A DNA stretch of 64,000 bases from Chara braunii (taxonomy: Eukaryota > Plantae > Charophyceae). The notes beneath the pieces were generated by a model. That model had not been told where the DNA came from. It was given only the letters and a program-made list of their open reading frames with translations, and ran no database searches. The translations under genes were made by a program, and so were the position numbers. Shown here in pieces: positions 13,905-26,075 of this stretch (the first letter of the stretch is position 1; each line of letters starts with the position of its first letter). Location of the stretch: NCBI GenBank assembly GCA_003427395.1, contig BFEA01000016.1, forward strand, positions 446,949-510,948. The letters are read 5' to 3'.

Positions 13905-14445
13905 ACACAGACTGAGACACACAGCGGACTTATGAGTTTTGCCAATGGGATGTATGCCTTGCTGTGTTTCCCACTTGATGCTGAGTTTTCAAAGTCTGTG
14001 TGTGTGTGTGTGTGCTTGCTGGTCTGGATGCCTGTCTGAGTGCTTGTCGGCTTGAGTGTGTGTGTGACCCACAAGGGCACTTGTTCGTTCGGAAGGCCTG
14101 AAGGGCAGGTACTTACCTGTGGCCGTGACATTGAGGGTTGCAGCGGGGAAAACACTCAAGTGGTGGGGAAAGAGGCCCGCGACACTTGAGAGCAGCGGAA
14201 AAACACTCAAGTAGCAGGTAGGCCGGTACCACACCAAGCCGAGGTAGATGTGTCGGGTACTCGAGGCCGAGAAGAAGACAGAAGTTGGCATTTTTAGAGG
14301 CCCAGTAGTTGTAGGCTAGGTCTAGGCGGGTACCAGTCCAACAAGTCTGAGTCTAGGGCCTGTACGGGCAATATCAGAGTCTGCAATGATGTTTTCCTCC
14401 GAAAGGGAGGAGGTAACGGTTGCTTGGAGGCCGCGCGGCCTAGGA
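13905..14445 (+). mobile_element. Dispersed repeat copy B
   Basis: Shares GGTACCAGTCCA..TCTAGGGCCTGTA..CTGCAATGATGTT with 10055-10130. Confidence 0.65.
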
Positions 14446-14892
14446 AGATAGATTCAGCGAGTATGCAGTGTTAGTTCCTTTTTTGACGGAGGGTTCTTTG
14501 CATATTAGGTAAATGACAACGGGCATTCATTGACCATAGTTAATAATAGACATGTTAGATTTACAAGGGAAACAGGAATATCTGAACTATATGATTGCAG
14601 TTCCCAGGCATTGGTCCTTCACTTCGTATAGACATTCCTTCGGGTACAGCGAGTATGCAGTGTTGTTCCGTTCTTAGCGAACAGTGCTCTTCGGGGCAGA
14701 ATTTCCATGTGATGAACTGCTTGAAATTCAGAGCATCACAACATGGCTTTTACCGAAACAGTTGCTTCACCCACTCAACATCCACTGTCATCAGCGGGCA
14801 TTTAGATTTCACACATTCCTTGCTACGAAGTTAATAAGATACGCTTGGAGTCCTGCATGCCTATGTAATGGCCAGGAGAGGAAATGGCTTAC

Positions 14893-15226
14893 CATGCTGT
14901 CAGGGAGTGGCTTGTCAAACTCATCCTCCCTCTCCAAGTACTCTTCATTCATCGATAGTTCCTCGAAGTCCGGGGCGAACGCCGCCCATTTTTCTGTGTA
15001 TTCTTGTGCCCAAATGTAGACTAAACCTGAACTCGCCACAGAAGCAATTATAAGACGAACCGGATGGCAAACCAGATCAACAACACCCTCTTTAGGCCCT
15101 TCTAGAGTAGATTTCAGCGTCCCTTCCTTGCGATGCCAAATGTATGCCTTATGCTCTGTCTTCTGTGAGGAGGCAGCTATGATGTACTCTTCATTCCCAC
15201 TGAAGCATGCTGCCTTCCATTGGTAC
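14893..15226 (-). CDS. RBBP5: RBBP5/RBL-like exon (last WD40 repeats and hinge)
   Basis: Encodes QWKAACFSGNEEY, LEGPKEG, HPVRLIIASV, VYIWAQEYTEKWAAFAPDFEELSMNEEYLEREDEFD, the diagnostic RBBP5 motif. CAG and GTAAG boundaries are phase-consistent. Confidence 0.93.
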
Positions 15227-16024
15227 CTGTAAAAGGAAAACAAAGCAAATGTTATGATTCTGGCCAGCTCCCCGTGCAATTACTCACAAAGAGACGATGT
15301 CATTCAATTGCAACTCGAATGAAAGAGACTAGAAGAAGAATAAGACACGGGAGGAAGAAGAATAGACGAAGAAGAAGAAGATAAACACAAGCTGGAACCA
15401 ATGTCACCTCGCCTCCATCATCTCTCCCTCATACATCTCCCACACCATCTTATCCTTATCATTATTATTATACTCTTAAACCACTACTACCTTTCAGGCT
15501 GGACAGCTAAGTCCTAAATACAACCTATACCGCATTCTTCGCAGGTCAGTGGAGGCCAGGTCGCACAGGACCAAAAAGGCTGGCGGCACCACCCAAAACA
15601 AAACAAAAAAGGCCACGCTGGTGCTTCAGCCAAAGCTTGGCACGCAGTTCTGCTCCACCTCGGCAAAAAGAGGCTTGGAGGTAGTGATGGTTTAAAGCAA
15701 AACGCAGGTCTCCCGTGATGCTCCCACGTGAAACCTGGGCGACCAGTGGTGGGAAAACATGTGGGACACAGATCGGGCCCAAGGAAAAGCCACACCGAAA
15801 ATGCTGGGCCCAGGGAAAAGCTGTAGCGAAAACGCGCAGCACAAAGAAACGTTTCTGTTTTCTCAGACTCGTACAAAATTCATATGAACGGTTTGTTTTG
15901 ATGGGGGGCATGGGTCGTGGAAACATGGCAGAGCTGGGCAGTTGAAGGGAGGGAAAGGCACATCCCACATGCACACACACATCCACCGGTGAAGACGTGA
16001 GCGTGACGGCAACAGTGACATGAG

Positions 16025-16290
16025 GAGGTTAACCATGGAGGAGGGACGACGAGGAGCAAGGTTGAGGAGTGTGAAAGAGTAGAGAAGAGGAGCAGGGAGG
16101 ACAAGGACGATGTCGATGAAGTTCGATGTTAGATGATGGAGGGTGGAGTAGGAGGGAGGAGTGCAACAAGCATGGATGGAGGAGGGAGGAGGGCGACGAG
16201 TATGAATGGAGGAGGGAGGAGGGGGACGAGCATGGATGGACAAGGAGAGAAGGACGAGGAGGGAAGAGGACGAGGGAGGAGGGGCAGCAG
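16025..16290 (+). repeat. ~30-bp purine-rich minisatellite (GAGCATGGATGGAGGAGGGAGG), left block
   Basis: The repeated core also occurs at 17255-17510. Confidence 0.8.
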
Positions 16291-16345
16291 ACACTTCGCG
16301 TCTGATCTGATGCCAGATAAGAGAAATGCAGATATCTGGAAGAAG

Positions 16346-16501
16346 GCTGCAGGTAGTCTGACTGCTTTAACTGTTATCGAAACACGAGTTGGAGATGTAT
16401 CTGCTCATATTCCTACCAATGTAATGTCCATTACGGACGGACAAATCCTTTTGGAAACAGAACTGTTTTATCGTGGAATCCAACCTGCTCTTAATGTAGG
16501 T
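16346..16501 (+). pseudogene. atp1: NUMT: mitochondrial ATP synthase alpha fragment
   Basis: [59 protein letters not shown] is the mitochondrial type, not the plastid type. Confidence 0.92.
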
Positions 16502-16527
16502 CACAGGTTCAAATCCTGTAGGATGCT
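16498..16527 (+). pseudogene. NUMT: tRNA 3' half (T-arm and acceptor strand, resembles mito trnR-UCU)
   Basis: AGGTCACAGGTTCAAATCCTGTAGGATGC, T-stem ACAGG/CCTGT. Isotype assigned from memory only. Confidence 0.65.
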
Positions 16528-16536
16528 GAATTCTTT

Positions 16537-16588
16537 GGGAGAGTGGCCGAGTGGTTAAAAGCGACAGACTGTAAGTCTGTTGAAGGTT
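16537..16588 (+). pseudogene. trnY: NUMT: tRNA-Tyr(GTA) 5' part, truncated
   Basis: GGGAGAGTGGCCGAGTGGTTAAAAGCG, anticodon arm ACAGA-CTGTAAG-TCTGT. The T-arm is missing. Confidence 0.88.
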
Positions 16589-16756
16589 CATATTTCTTGT
16601 TGAACTAGTTTTGACTGATGTTTTCGCAGTTTTAAAAAGCGAAATTCGTCACAAACAGTTTCACGAAAACAAGCCTCTAACGAGGCCTGTACATGATGGG
16701 AGAATTGACTTGAAAAGGCAACAGTGTTTTGAACTTTTGTTCCATTTGTTGACATA

Positions 16757-16797
16757 AGTACGTCGTGAGGCAGTTCGGTTCCTATGTACCGTTGGTG
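16757..16797 (+). pseudogene. rrnL: NUMT: large-subunit rRNA fragment (peptidyl-transferase region)
   Basis: ACGTCGTGAGGCAGTTCGGTTCCTATGTACCGTTGGTG versus conserved ACGTCGTGAGACAGTTCGGTCCCTATCT. Confidence 0.8.
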
Positions 16798-16821
16798 ATT
16801 TGAAGAAAACTGAGAAAGCCA

Positions 16822-16928
16822 TAGGAAAAGCTCTATCTTGACAAATCACTTTACATTGCCTGCGTTTTAAATTTTAATTAATCTTTAGCTACGCGCAATC
16901 TACGTTTTTGATTGACTTGATTTGACAT
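16822..16928 (-). pseudogene. rps14: NUMT: rps14 5' remnant
   Basis: MSNQV..KRRLRVAK..LKRRQCKVICQDR resembles the plant mitochondrial Rps14 N-terminus. Contains indels and a stop. Confidence 0.65.
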
Positions 16929-17254
16929 ATGGCTCAACTTTTTTGTCCGTGTGCCAGCACGAAGTGTGGCGCCAGAGTTTCCATAGTACAATGAAAATGG
17001 AAGGGAAACAGTCAGTGCCAGGATAGAATCAAGAAGTGAACCACGAATCTCAATTCTCTTGTCTAGACCCAAGCAATTGCGCACACAGCCCAAGGCCAAG
17101 GGCACAATTCTTCCAACCTGCCGGTTGCCGGGGAGTGCCTTTTCCACTCACTGTTTTTCCCACTTGATATAGCAATCAAAACAAAAGCTCAGAGAATGAT
17201 ATAGTCCATCTTTTATTTTATTTAAATTCAACATCTGGTAGTCCATGCCATAAA

Positions 17255-17510
17255 CGATGGACGAGCATGGATGGAGGGGGAGGAGGACAATGAAAATGAG
17301 GGACGAGGACAGAGGATGGAGACTCGAGGAGGGATGGAGGAGCGTGATGAGCATGGATGGAGGAGGAGGGAGGAAGGCGACAAGCATGCAGGGAGGGGGA
17401 GGGAGGAGGGCCACGAGCATGGATGGAGGAGGAGGAGGGAGGGCATCGAGCATGGATGGAGGAGAAGGGAGAAGGGCAACGAGCATGGATGGAAGAGGAG
17501 GGGGCTCCTT
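17255..17510 (+). repeat. ~30-bp purine-rich minisatellite, right block
   Basis: CGAGCATGGATGGAGGAGG is repeated several times. Confidence 0.8.
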
Positions 17511-18689
17511 CAGATAAGCGCAACAGACAGACGCACAGACCAGTATGGCGCATTCGTCCTTTCTTTTTTTTTTTTTTTTTTTGTGAAGTCAAGCACACAC
17601 GACGCATCAAGAACAACAGCAATGGTGATGCTGAGGCGGTCGACCCTGGAGGCACGACGAGGAGCAGAGCTGGAGGAGGGAGGGGGAGTAGGGAGGAAGA
17701 GTAGGAAGGACGATCACGATGACAACGAGGGACAAGGCTCGAGGAGGGAGGAGGACAAACACAATGGCGATGGGGAAAGCACACACTCGTGCGCCTCAAG
17801 AGTCAGTGGAAGTCCAACAAAACAGTCAAGCACAGTCAAGCTTTTTTTGCGGTGTTGTGTAGCAAACGTGACAACCCACACAACCCACACGCACCAAAGA
17901 TGGCAACCCACGCAAACGCGTGTGCGAACGACGCCACGAGGAAAGACATGATTGTGGCGAGATTGAGGACGGAGGAGGACGAGGAGGGCAGGGGAGGTCA
18001 CTGTACGACATCGAGCATAGAATTCTCCCAGCAGCCGATCAACCAATCGATTAAAGCAATCGGTCAATCAACTGAAGCCCTCCCCCTGCTAACGGGTGCT
18101 CAGGATAGCCTGGCTTGCATTTTCAGAATCACACTGGAGCTTAGTGATTCTATCGGTGAGGTACTTGGTTTTCTGAGTTCGGATGTGGATGAGTTGCTCA
18201 TAAATCGCTCGAGACCACAACACTTTTTCTACTACGAGTTCGTGGGCATGTGATGATCAAGCGGATGTGAGTGTGTCAACCCCACAGGTTTCACGATCCA
18301 GAATGCAGCGCCCGTAAAATAGAAGTGATGATACTTTTCAAAAATATCAGTTTCACCTCGCGTGCCCTCTCTTTTCTCCCCCCTTTATTCCAGCAAGAGA
18401 TCCGGTTTGCTTACATGTGAACAGTGTTGCCATACATGCAAGCAATAGTCCACAAGGCAGATGATTGAGGGAGGAAGAGCAGAGTCGACGACTCTAACGG
18501 CCGGAGGCAGAGGGAGAGGTCATAAAGACTTTTTTTTTGTTGGGTTGGGTTGGGGGGGGGGATGGGGAGGGGCAGGAAGGAGAGATGGAGAGAAATTCAC
18601 ATTTTGTTGAGCAGGCCCCCCCCCCCCCCCCCCCCCTCATTTCCTCTCACCCCCGCCACTGGGCTGCGGCATCACCTCGGCGGGTCCAC

Positions 18690-19800
18690 TTGTTATAAAT
18701 AATAAGCAACAACAAAGAGCCAGACTCAACTGCCTGATTACTGCCCCGCGACATATACAGCTCTCCTTTGAACTCCTACACCTCCCTTCCTCATTGGTAT
18801 GGCATCTAGCTATGACGGCACATCCAAGCATAGCTCCAATGTTCAAAGGACAACGCAAAATTGACATGCCTCCTCCCACTTCAGCCACCAAGCCTACTCT
18901 AACAAATGAAGTCATTAACCCACTGGTACCCCCTTCGGGGACCTTCTACGTGCACCGCCAACCAAAAGGATGAAGATCCAGTCCACTGTAGCCAAGGTAA
19001 GTCTTCTCCTTCACTCTCCTCCTCCTTTCACCCTCTATTCCACCTCCATAGCCTGGTAGACACCTCTACTACCTGCCGCCAGGCTGCCTGGCCCTTCTCC
19101 TGCCTCAGCCTAGGTCAGAGATCATAGCTAGGGTGGGCGGCAGCTCTCCACCTATGCCGCTGCTTGGCACTCACCACCCAAGCTACCCAACTAGCAGCCT
19201 GACTGCCGTCAAGTGAGGAAAGAGCAGCAACTCACCACTCGCAAAGATATACTTTGGCGCCTGCCTTAGTGTCCAGTGACTTCCCATCATATGCAGCCTC
19301 CAGGCCCTACCGCTTCCTACTCTTTCTGGTGTGCAAACCGTTGCAGGCTGGACCTAGACTCTTCCCGCACTACATTCAGGCTGGTACCTTCGGACTTCTC
19401 TGGGCCCACACGCCTAACTTTTTGCCCTTTCTGCCTACCTACACGGTACTTCTTCATTTTGGTCACTTTAGGCCTACCTACCACAAGCCTATGGTAGCCC
19501 AATAGCCCTGTACCCGCTGCACAGGCCACCATTACAGCAACAAAGGTTAATACCAGGCCTGAGAGGGCCAAAGCAACACACAGGCCATCATACCCAGTCA
19601 CACAAACACTCGAGTACTCAAACAAACAGTCAGACACACGGAACACAGATATCAGCAACCACCACACAAGGATCAGATTCAGAAAATAAGAAACCCAGAA
19701 AACCCATGGAACAGCTACAAAAACTCACACAGAATTCACAGTCTCCAATTTTGGAGATAATTACAAAAGCAAATTAGAGCACGCACAGGCACAAGACAAC
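18690..19800 (-). mobile_element. Dispersed repeat copy C (inverted relative to A), LTR-like
   Basis: CCAATGTTCAAAGGAC at 18836 is the reverse complement of 10506-10521. Boundaries are approximate. Confidence 0.5.
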
Positions 19801-20413
19801 AAAACAGGGAAACAGGGCAGGCAAATAGGATTGCCCATAAGTCCTAGGCCCAAGGTCAGAAATTCAAGGAATGGCACGTGAGGGGAAGAGATGAAACCGG
19901 CAGGAGTAGAAAGCCAAAGAAAAGGTCCCGAAAATCCCACAGCCCATTCGTAGAAAGAGCTACAGGCCTGTGGGACACAAAAGAGTATAAAAGCAGCAGG
20001 GAGGAGCAGAAATAGGCAGAGAAGAGAGACTAAGTGCGCAGAGAAGACAAAAAAGGATAGAAAAGGATAGAGAGACTAAGTGCGCAGAGAAGAGAAAAAA
20101 GGATAGAGAGACTAAGTGCTACGACCTTTCTGACTGGAGTTGGCTGCACTACCTTCCCTGCACCTAACCATACATAGTGCCAGGTCAGAGCATGAAAAGC
20201 AAACAATTCAGCCCACACACATTCTCGATGTGGCCGAGTTCATACAGATTCTCATTACCTGATTCTGAGTGGCATCCAAGCATCTAGCCAACAAAGCAAC
20301 AAGTGAAACGTGCACAATAGAATAAAGAGAGGCAAAAGAATGCCGGAGTCAGTGCAGGGGTGACGCAAGCAAAGGTGGTAAAAGGCTCGACATTAGTAAC
20401 TTACCAGACTTAC

Positions 20414-21326
20414 CTATTCACAGCATCCTGATAACCTCGCACAAAGACTAGCAGTTCTGAGCAGCGCCGCTTACTGCCTCCTCCAATCAGTTCTTCACAA
20501 GGTGTCCCTATTACACTCCCACCTCCACGTCCTGAGCCCTGCATTGAGTTCCAGTCATGGGATGACGTCATGGCGCCTCCCTGTTCATCTGCAGAAACCA
20601 ATCTCCTGCCTTCCATGATTTTTTTCGCCGCTTCAGCAGCACCTTCCTTGGGCAGCAAGTTCTCAAAGACTCTCAGAACACGATCATTCGAGTTTGTCAG
20701 AAGATACTTTCCACTCCGGCTGAAAGCCAGTTGCCGAATCGGTGTACCACTAGTGACCTGAATTACATCGAGGACATGGCACGTCTCCATCTCCACAATC
20801 AAAAGCTGGCCTCTGGAATTGCCGACGTAAACCACATCTCCCCTCTTGTTAAAACAAGCAGTTGATGGCATATCGATGCCGCCTTCTCCATTAGAGCTGG
20901 GAGGGGCAGGTGTAAACCCACAGCTGCCCCCTCTTCTCACGCTTGTGACACCCCTGTCCAGTGGTGATCCAATACCACGATGATAGGGGGGAGGCGAATA
21001 CACAGGCACGGGCAGCTTTTCACCGCTACCAATATCAACAAGCAGAGGTGCTCCGTACACAAAGCATACAAGACACAAATTGTTTATAGAGGGATGCATT
21101 CTGGCCGTCAAAACCATCCGATCAAATTCTACAGATGCCTCGACATTACCAGTGAGGACATCCCACAGCAAAATTCTTTTGTCGATAGAGGCCGAAAGAA
21201 GTTTCCATCCTCGTTTTGACCAGCTGACACTGATGATTGGTGAACTCGACGATTCGGAAGACAGCTCCTTCATGACAGCCCTTGTGTCAAAGTTCCATAT
21301 TGCAATGGTCCCATCTTGACGCCCAG
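20414..21326 (-). CDS. RBBP5: RBBP5/RBL-like exon, WD40 repeats
   Basis: Encodes GRQDGTIAIWNFDTR, ISVSWSKRG, ACFNKRGDVVYVGNSRG, FSRSGKYLLTNSNDRVLRVFEN, YQDAVNR. TAG acceptor (phase 1) and GTAAGT donor (phase 2). Confidence 0.92.
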
Positions 21327-22330
21327 CTATCATTTACAGGAACACCACCCAACGGTCACATCTCCCTCCCACCACCCAGCCCATCCTCCAGTGAAAACAC
21401 CATACCTCATTGATAAGCCACTCCCCAATCAAACCCAACATATCCCGCCCAGCTCCACCCAATCCACAACCAGGCATGAACCCCCACACTGCTATGGAAT
21501 AAACCACATTACCAATTGCATCCCAAGTCCAGCCAGGACCTCCCAACATCTTCCCTAAGAAAGCCACGAGCCAAAGTTTCTTAAACTTCTCTTCACTCAT
21601 CGGTCCAAGCAGGGATGCTCACCTCACCACAAAGCTCGCTTGCATAAACAAAAGGCCAAAACCACAAAAAAGCCCACAACCACCTTAGATCAGTGATTTC
21701 TCCTCGGCAGGAAGGTCAAAGGCTCAGGTCCTGAGTACCATGGACATTCCAAATTGAAAACAGAATTGTCAGCTGTCCGTGGAATGTGCCCTGCCTCATT
21801 GGCAGGGCACGAAAACAGAATCAAACGAAAACACAAAAACTAAGACAACCAGAAATGAAACTAGCTACATTTCTGGGTAGATGCGTTCCAAACAGTACCC
21901 ACTGTCCTTCCCCGACTTCCTGCTTTTCAACTCTGCAGGTTCTTTTTTTTTTTTTTTTTTTTTCTTTTGCAATGAGAAGAGGTTAACAGAGCCCTAAATT
22001 TTCAGGTTTTTTTCAGGGTCATTATAACAAACAAACGCCCCACACCTTTTAAGCCAGACTTGTCACCAGTCCATCGAGTGGACACCAAATAAACCAACAG
22101 CAAAAAAGATACAAAAAAACGGATCAAAGGGGCCTAAAGGCAAAAGTGTGTTTTCAACTTTTCATGCAAAATTCGCTCTTTTCAGTTTTCCAGGATTTTC
22201 AGGGCTGGTCAAACCAGTCATCTCCAAGACCCCAACAAACACCAAATTTGGCACACACAGACCTTGACCAAAAATAAAACAGGGCCCAACGAAAATTCAA
22301 AAAAAAACTTAAAAAAAATCCCCAAACGCA

Positions 22331-22348
22331 GTCCTTCGGGACATCCGT

Positions 22349-22380
<32 letters not shown>

Positions 22381-22428
22381 GGCCCCTGCGCAAGGATGAC
22401 ACACATAAATCGAGAAATGGTCCAAATT
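22331..22428 (+). ncRNA. U6: U6 snRNA, full length, probably a processed retro-pseudogene
   Basis: Near-exact plant U6 (GTCCTTCGGGAC..ACAGAGAAGATTAGCATGGCCCCTGCGCAAGGATGACAC..TCCAAATT). A-rich tail instead of a T terminator, flanking direct repeats, no USE or TATA. Confidence 0.95.
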
Positions 22429-23180
22429 AAAGATAAATAAATAAAAAATCCCCAGATGCACTTTTCAGTGTTGGGGATATTAACCTGGGGCTGAAAAGTG
22501 GGGGTCCCTGTTAACCACTTGTGACAAAAGAGTTCGTTTGTTAATGGAGGAAAAACTATTTGCACCCGGATTAGCCATCAGTCTTTTATGATGTGGATGG
22601 GGGCTGAAGTGCAGCATCCATCCGTTTTGGCATGAGAAGCGCAGGTCTGATGAAAAAAGGCAGCAGATACCCAGGTGGAGACAAAGTAGATTGGATGGGG
22701 ATGTAGGGATTAGCGAGCCGAGGTTTTGTTTGGGGGGGTGGGGGGTAGAGAGACAGGAGGTTTTCTTGAAATTGCAAACCATATGGGCGATTTTGATACA
22801 CAACTAATGATTCGTGGCAATGAGGGCGCAGAGGAAAAAGCACCCTACTGCTCATTGAGCAGCATCCATTTCGAGAATTTAGGCACATACTAGGACAATG
22901 GCAATTGCTCTTCTCACATTAAAACAGGGGTAAGGATCATACATTCAGGTCCGACAAGACAGTGTAGAGACAACCGCATGAGAAAAGTGCAAAACGACAT
23001 GAAAAGCAGCACACTCATGAAGGACTAACACACTTTCAGTGCCCTGCCTGTTCCGTCCGGAAATTACGGACAGGTATGCCAAGCCTCGACTGCTGCTGTA
23101 GCCCAGAGGTGCTTTGCTCAGTTTAACTGCCACATGTAGTTCACACAAACGTAGATTGTTTCGGCATAGAACTTGCATCT

Positions 23181-23236
<56 letters not shown>

Positions 23237-23832
23237 TTGCTTGGTTCTTTGCTTGCTTGTTGGTTTGCTCTGAATAGGACAGATTTGCAGGTGTAGCCCA
23301 GAGGTGCTTTGCCCAGTTTAGCTGCCACATGTAGTTCACAAAAGGGGATTCTAGATTGTTTCGGCATAGCACTTGAAAACGCAGCGTCCGGAGCACATTC
23401 CGGCCCTCCAACCCCAGCTCCGTACTCCCGCTGGGCCAGGTACTACATGACCACATACCATTTTGTGACACTCGGAGACGCTGGACCCATTTTCCAGCTG
23501 GTGATGCTCCGCACCACTGGACAGGAGCCACAAAAAAAAAGGATTTCACCACTGTCCAAAAAAAAAAAAAAAAAAAAAAAAGAGCAGCGTCCAGCAACAA
23601 CCAGATCTCGAGATGCAGACCTTTACTTGTCACCACATCAACGTGCCTCACAACTGCAGCCTTGCAGCCTCTGCAGAATGTTCACAACCTATGTCCCCTA
23701 CTTAACATCAAAACACGACATCACAGAGAGAGAGAGAGAGAGAGATTCCAATACCCCCCATCAAATAGAAGGACGGGCAACAGAAACGAAAGATGATCCA
23801 AGACAGCAAGGGAGTTGGAAAAGAAGAAGCAC

Positions 23833-23917
23833 CTGCCAGTAGTGTGCCTCGCCGATTGAATGCTGTGCTCCTGGTGAAGCCATTTTCCAAGTACTCTTCA
23901 ATTACCTCTGGTAACCC
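23833..23917 (-). CDS. RBBP5: RBBP5/RBL-like WD40 COMPASS subunit, exon (GLPEVIEEYLENGFTRSTAFNRRGTLLA)
   Basis: Matches the RBL N-terminal motif PEVIEEYLE..AFNRRGTLLA. TTTGCAG acceptor and GT donor, ending in phase 1. Confidence 0.9.
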
Positions 23918-25411
23918 CTGCAAACAGTCTTCACACAAGACCGCCATTTCACAAGTCAAGAAGATTTGCAGACACGGCTAGATGGAAGACACTGGTATTC
24001 GCCGATATGCAGAACTTGTCATGGGGAATTGGTATAAAAGAATAATAATGACATCGGACTCCGTTGGCTTCCAAGCACCAGAGGAAACAAGCATGTGCTT
24101 TAAGACCATCCATGCACGACACTTCACACCAAGCTCACACCACAGGATGCACACACAAGGACCACACGCTAGATGCAACTCAAACATAGCCTCGGACAAT
24201 CAACTCGATCATACAAACATTGTCTTTGTACAAGACAATGTGTGGATATGGCCGCCAGGCAAGCTCTTCCAGATGTGCTCTCCCTACCTTCAATCTCACT
24301 CCTCTCTCTCTCTCTGACCCGCATCTTTCCAAGTACCCCTCGTTTTTTCTCCCTCTATTGCGCATTCGACCCAGCTATGCCTACTGCCGCCCAGTGCCGT
24401 CGACTACTTCCTCTTGGCAGTGCACAACAGCGCATCCCAAAATAGTGGAGCAGCACTTCTGTCTGGTCATGCAAGTTAATGTGTTGTCACCTTCAACAAC
24501 TGGAATTTTGTACCTGACAATTTGTCTTCCGGACTTCCTCTACCAGTTGTGGTGCAGTTCCCTGCCAATGTTTGTCACTTCTAGAAGTTGCGGAGTTTCC
24601 TGGGGGCTCTGCTGCTGACTGGACCGACTGACGAAAGGGCCTACCGACAATACCTATCAGAATCTCCCTACATCGGCCTACTGCAAACTAACCTACCTGG
24701 GACACGGGAATATGGTACAGGTGTCCAGGACTGGGACTACTATATGACCGAGATTACAGATCGGACAGGGACCAAGACCAGGCTGACAGCGGTAAAATCC
24801 TTTCACACGTCTCAATAGGGCATAATCCACACGTCCTGAGTTTGAATCCTGTGTACTTGAAAAAAATACTTTGGAGTGAGTAGACAGAACTATGTGGCAA
24901 ACCATATTACCTGTTGCATCCATGCATCTGCCAAATCAGGGGCTATCCAGAAGGTTCACGACCACGAAAGCTTCCCCATCACCATTCATGACATCGAAAT
25001 GCAGAAGAAGGGGGGTGGGTTGTGTGGGAGTGTTTGTGGTAGAGATGATGGTAATGATGCCGTGTGTGTGTTGTCATGTTCGCTACACACAACTCCACAA
25101 AAAATAATGCATGACTGTGTCAGACTGTTTTGTCGGACTTTCACTGACTCATCAGGAGGTTGAATCCCGACAATCTGCCCAGGTTGCATTTGACTGATGT
25201 ACTAGGACTCCCCCCATATAAACTGGTTGACTTAACTCACACCAACCCTGCAATCCTAGCGTCTGTGTCGACCAAACTCGTGCCAAAAACGGCAGTTAGT
25301 CTGGGAAACTAATCTGCCAGAGCCATAAAAGTTGATAAAACCCATTCTACACACCCACTCAGCCACGGATGCCAAATGTGTCTCCAAATGTATCTGTGTG
25401 TGGGGCCCCGG

Positions 25412-25447
<36 letters not shown>

Positions 25448-25767
25448 NNNNNNNNNNNNNNNNNNNNNNNNNNNNNNNNNNNNNNNNNNNNNNNNNNNNN
25501 NNNNNNNNNNNNNNNNNNNNNNNNNNNNNNNNNNNNNNNNNNNNNNNNNNNNNNNNNNNNNNNNNNNNNNNNNNNNNNNNNNNNNNNNNNNNNNNNNNNN
25601 NNNNNNNNNNNNNNNNNNNNNNNNNNNNNNNNNNNNNNNNNNNNNNNNNNNNNNNNNNNNNNNNNNNNNNNNNNNNNNNNNNNNNNNNNNNNNNNNNNNN
25701 NNNNNNNNNNNNNNNNNNNNNNNNNNNNNNNNNNNNNNNNNNNNNNNNNNNNNNNNNNNNNNNNNNN
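25448..25767. other. Assembly gap
   Basis: Run of N. Confidence 1.
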
Positions 25768-26045
25768 GGGGGGGTTAAAAAAAAAAACACAGAAAACCAG
25801 AGAATATGCAGTACACCGTGCATTCGAATCTACATTGATCCCACAAACAAAGGGGAAATACAAGACTGTGGCATAATCCCCATAAGACATCAACCATCGG
25901 AACATGGCTTCCCATTCCTGACAACAAACACAGAGAAACAGAAACCCAAGGCATGTGCGGTATGTCCAAGCCATCACACTCGTCATTTAGACGGGGCTTA
26001 TTTGCCCTTTGAGATTCTGCAGCTTCCTAAAGAAGCGAAACATAC

Positions 26046-26075
26046 CAACTGCCCTAGTTCAGTTGGTACACCCAT
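26046..26075 (-). CDS. RBBP5: RBBP5/RBL-like gene, candidate first coding exon (MGVPTELGQL)
   Basis: ATG at 26075, 10 codons, then a GTATGT donor at 26045. Phase 0 matches the next exon. Length matches the ~10 aa that precede 'G.PEVIEEYL' in plant RBL. Sequence similarity itself is weak. Confidence 0.4.

Noticed and set aside
16133-16558. 141-aa ORF as a functional ATP synthase gene
   Set aside because: Chance fusion of a minisatellite with a 50-codon NUMT fragment.
17130-17230. nad3 remnant on the minus strand (LNKI...EWK)
   Set aside because: The intervening sequence does not resemble Nad3.
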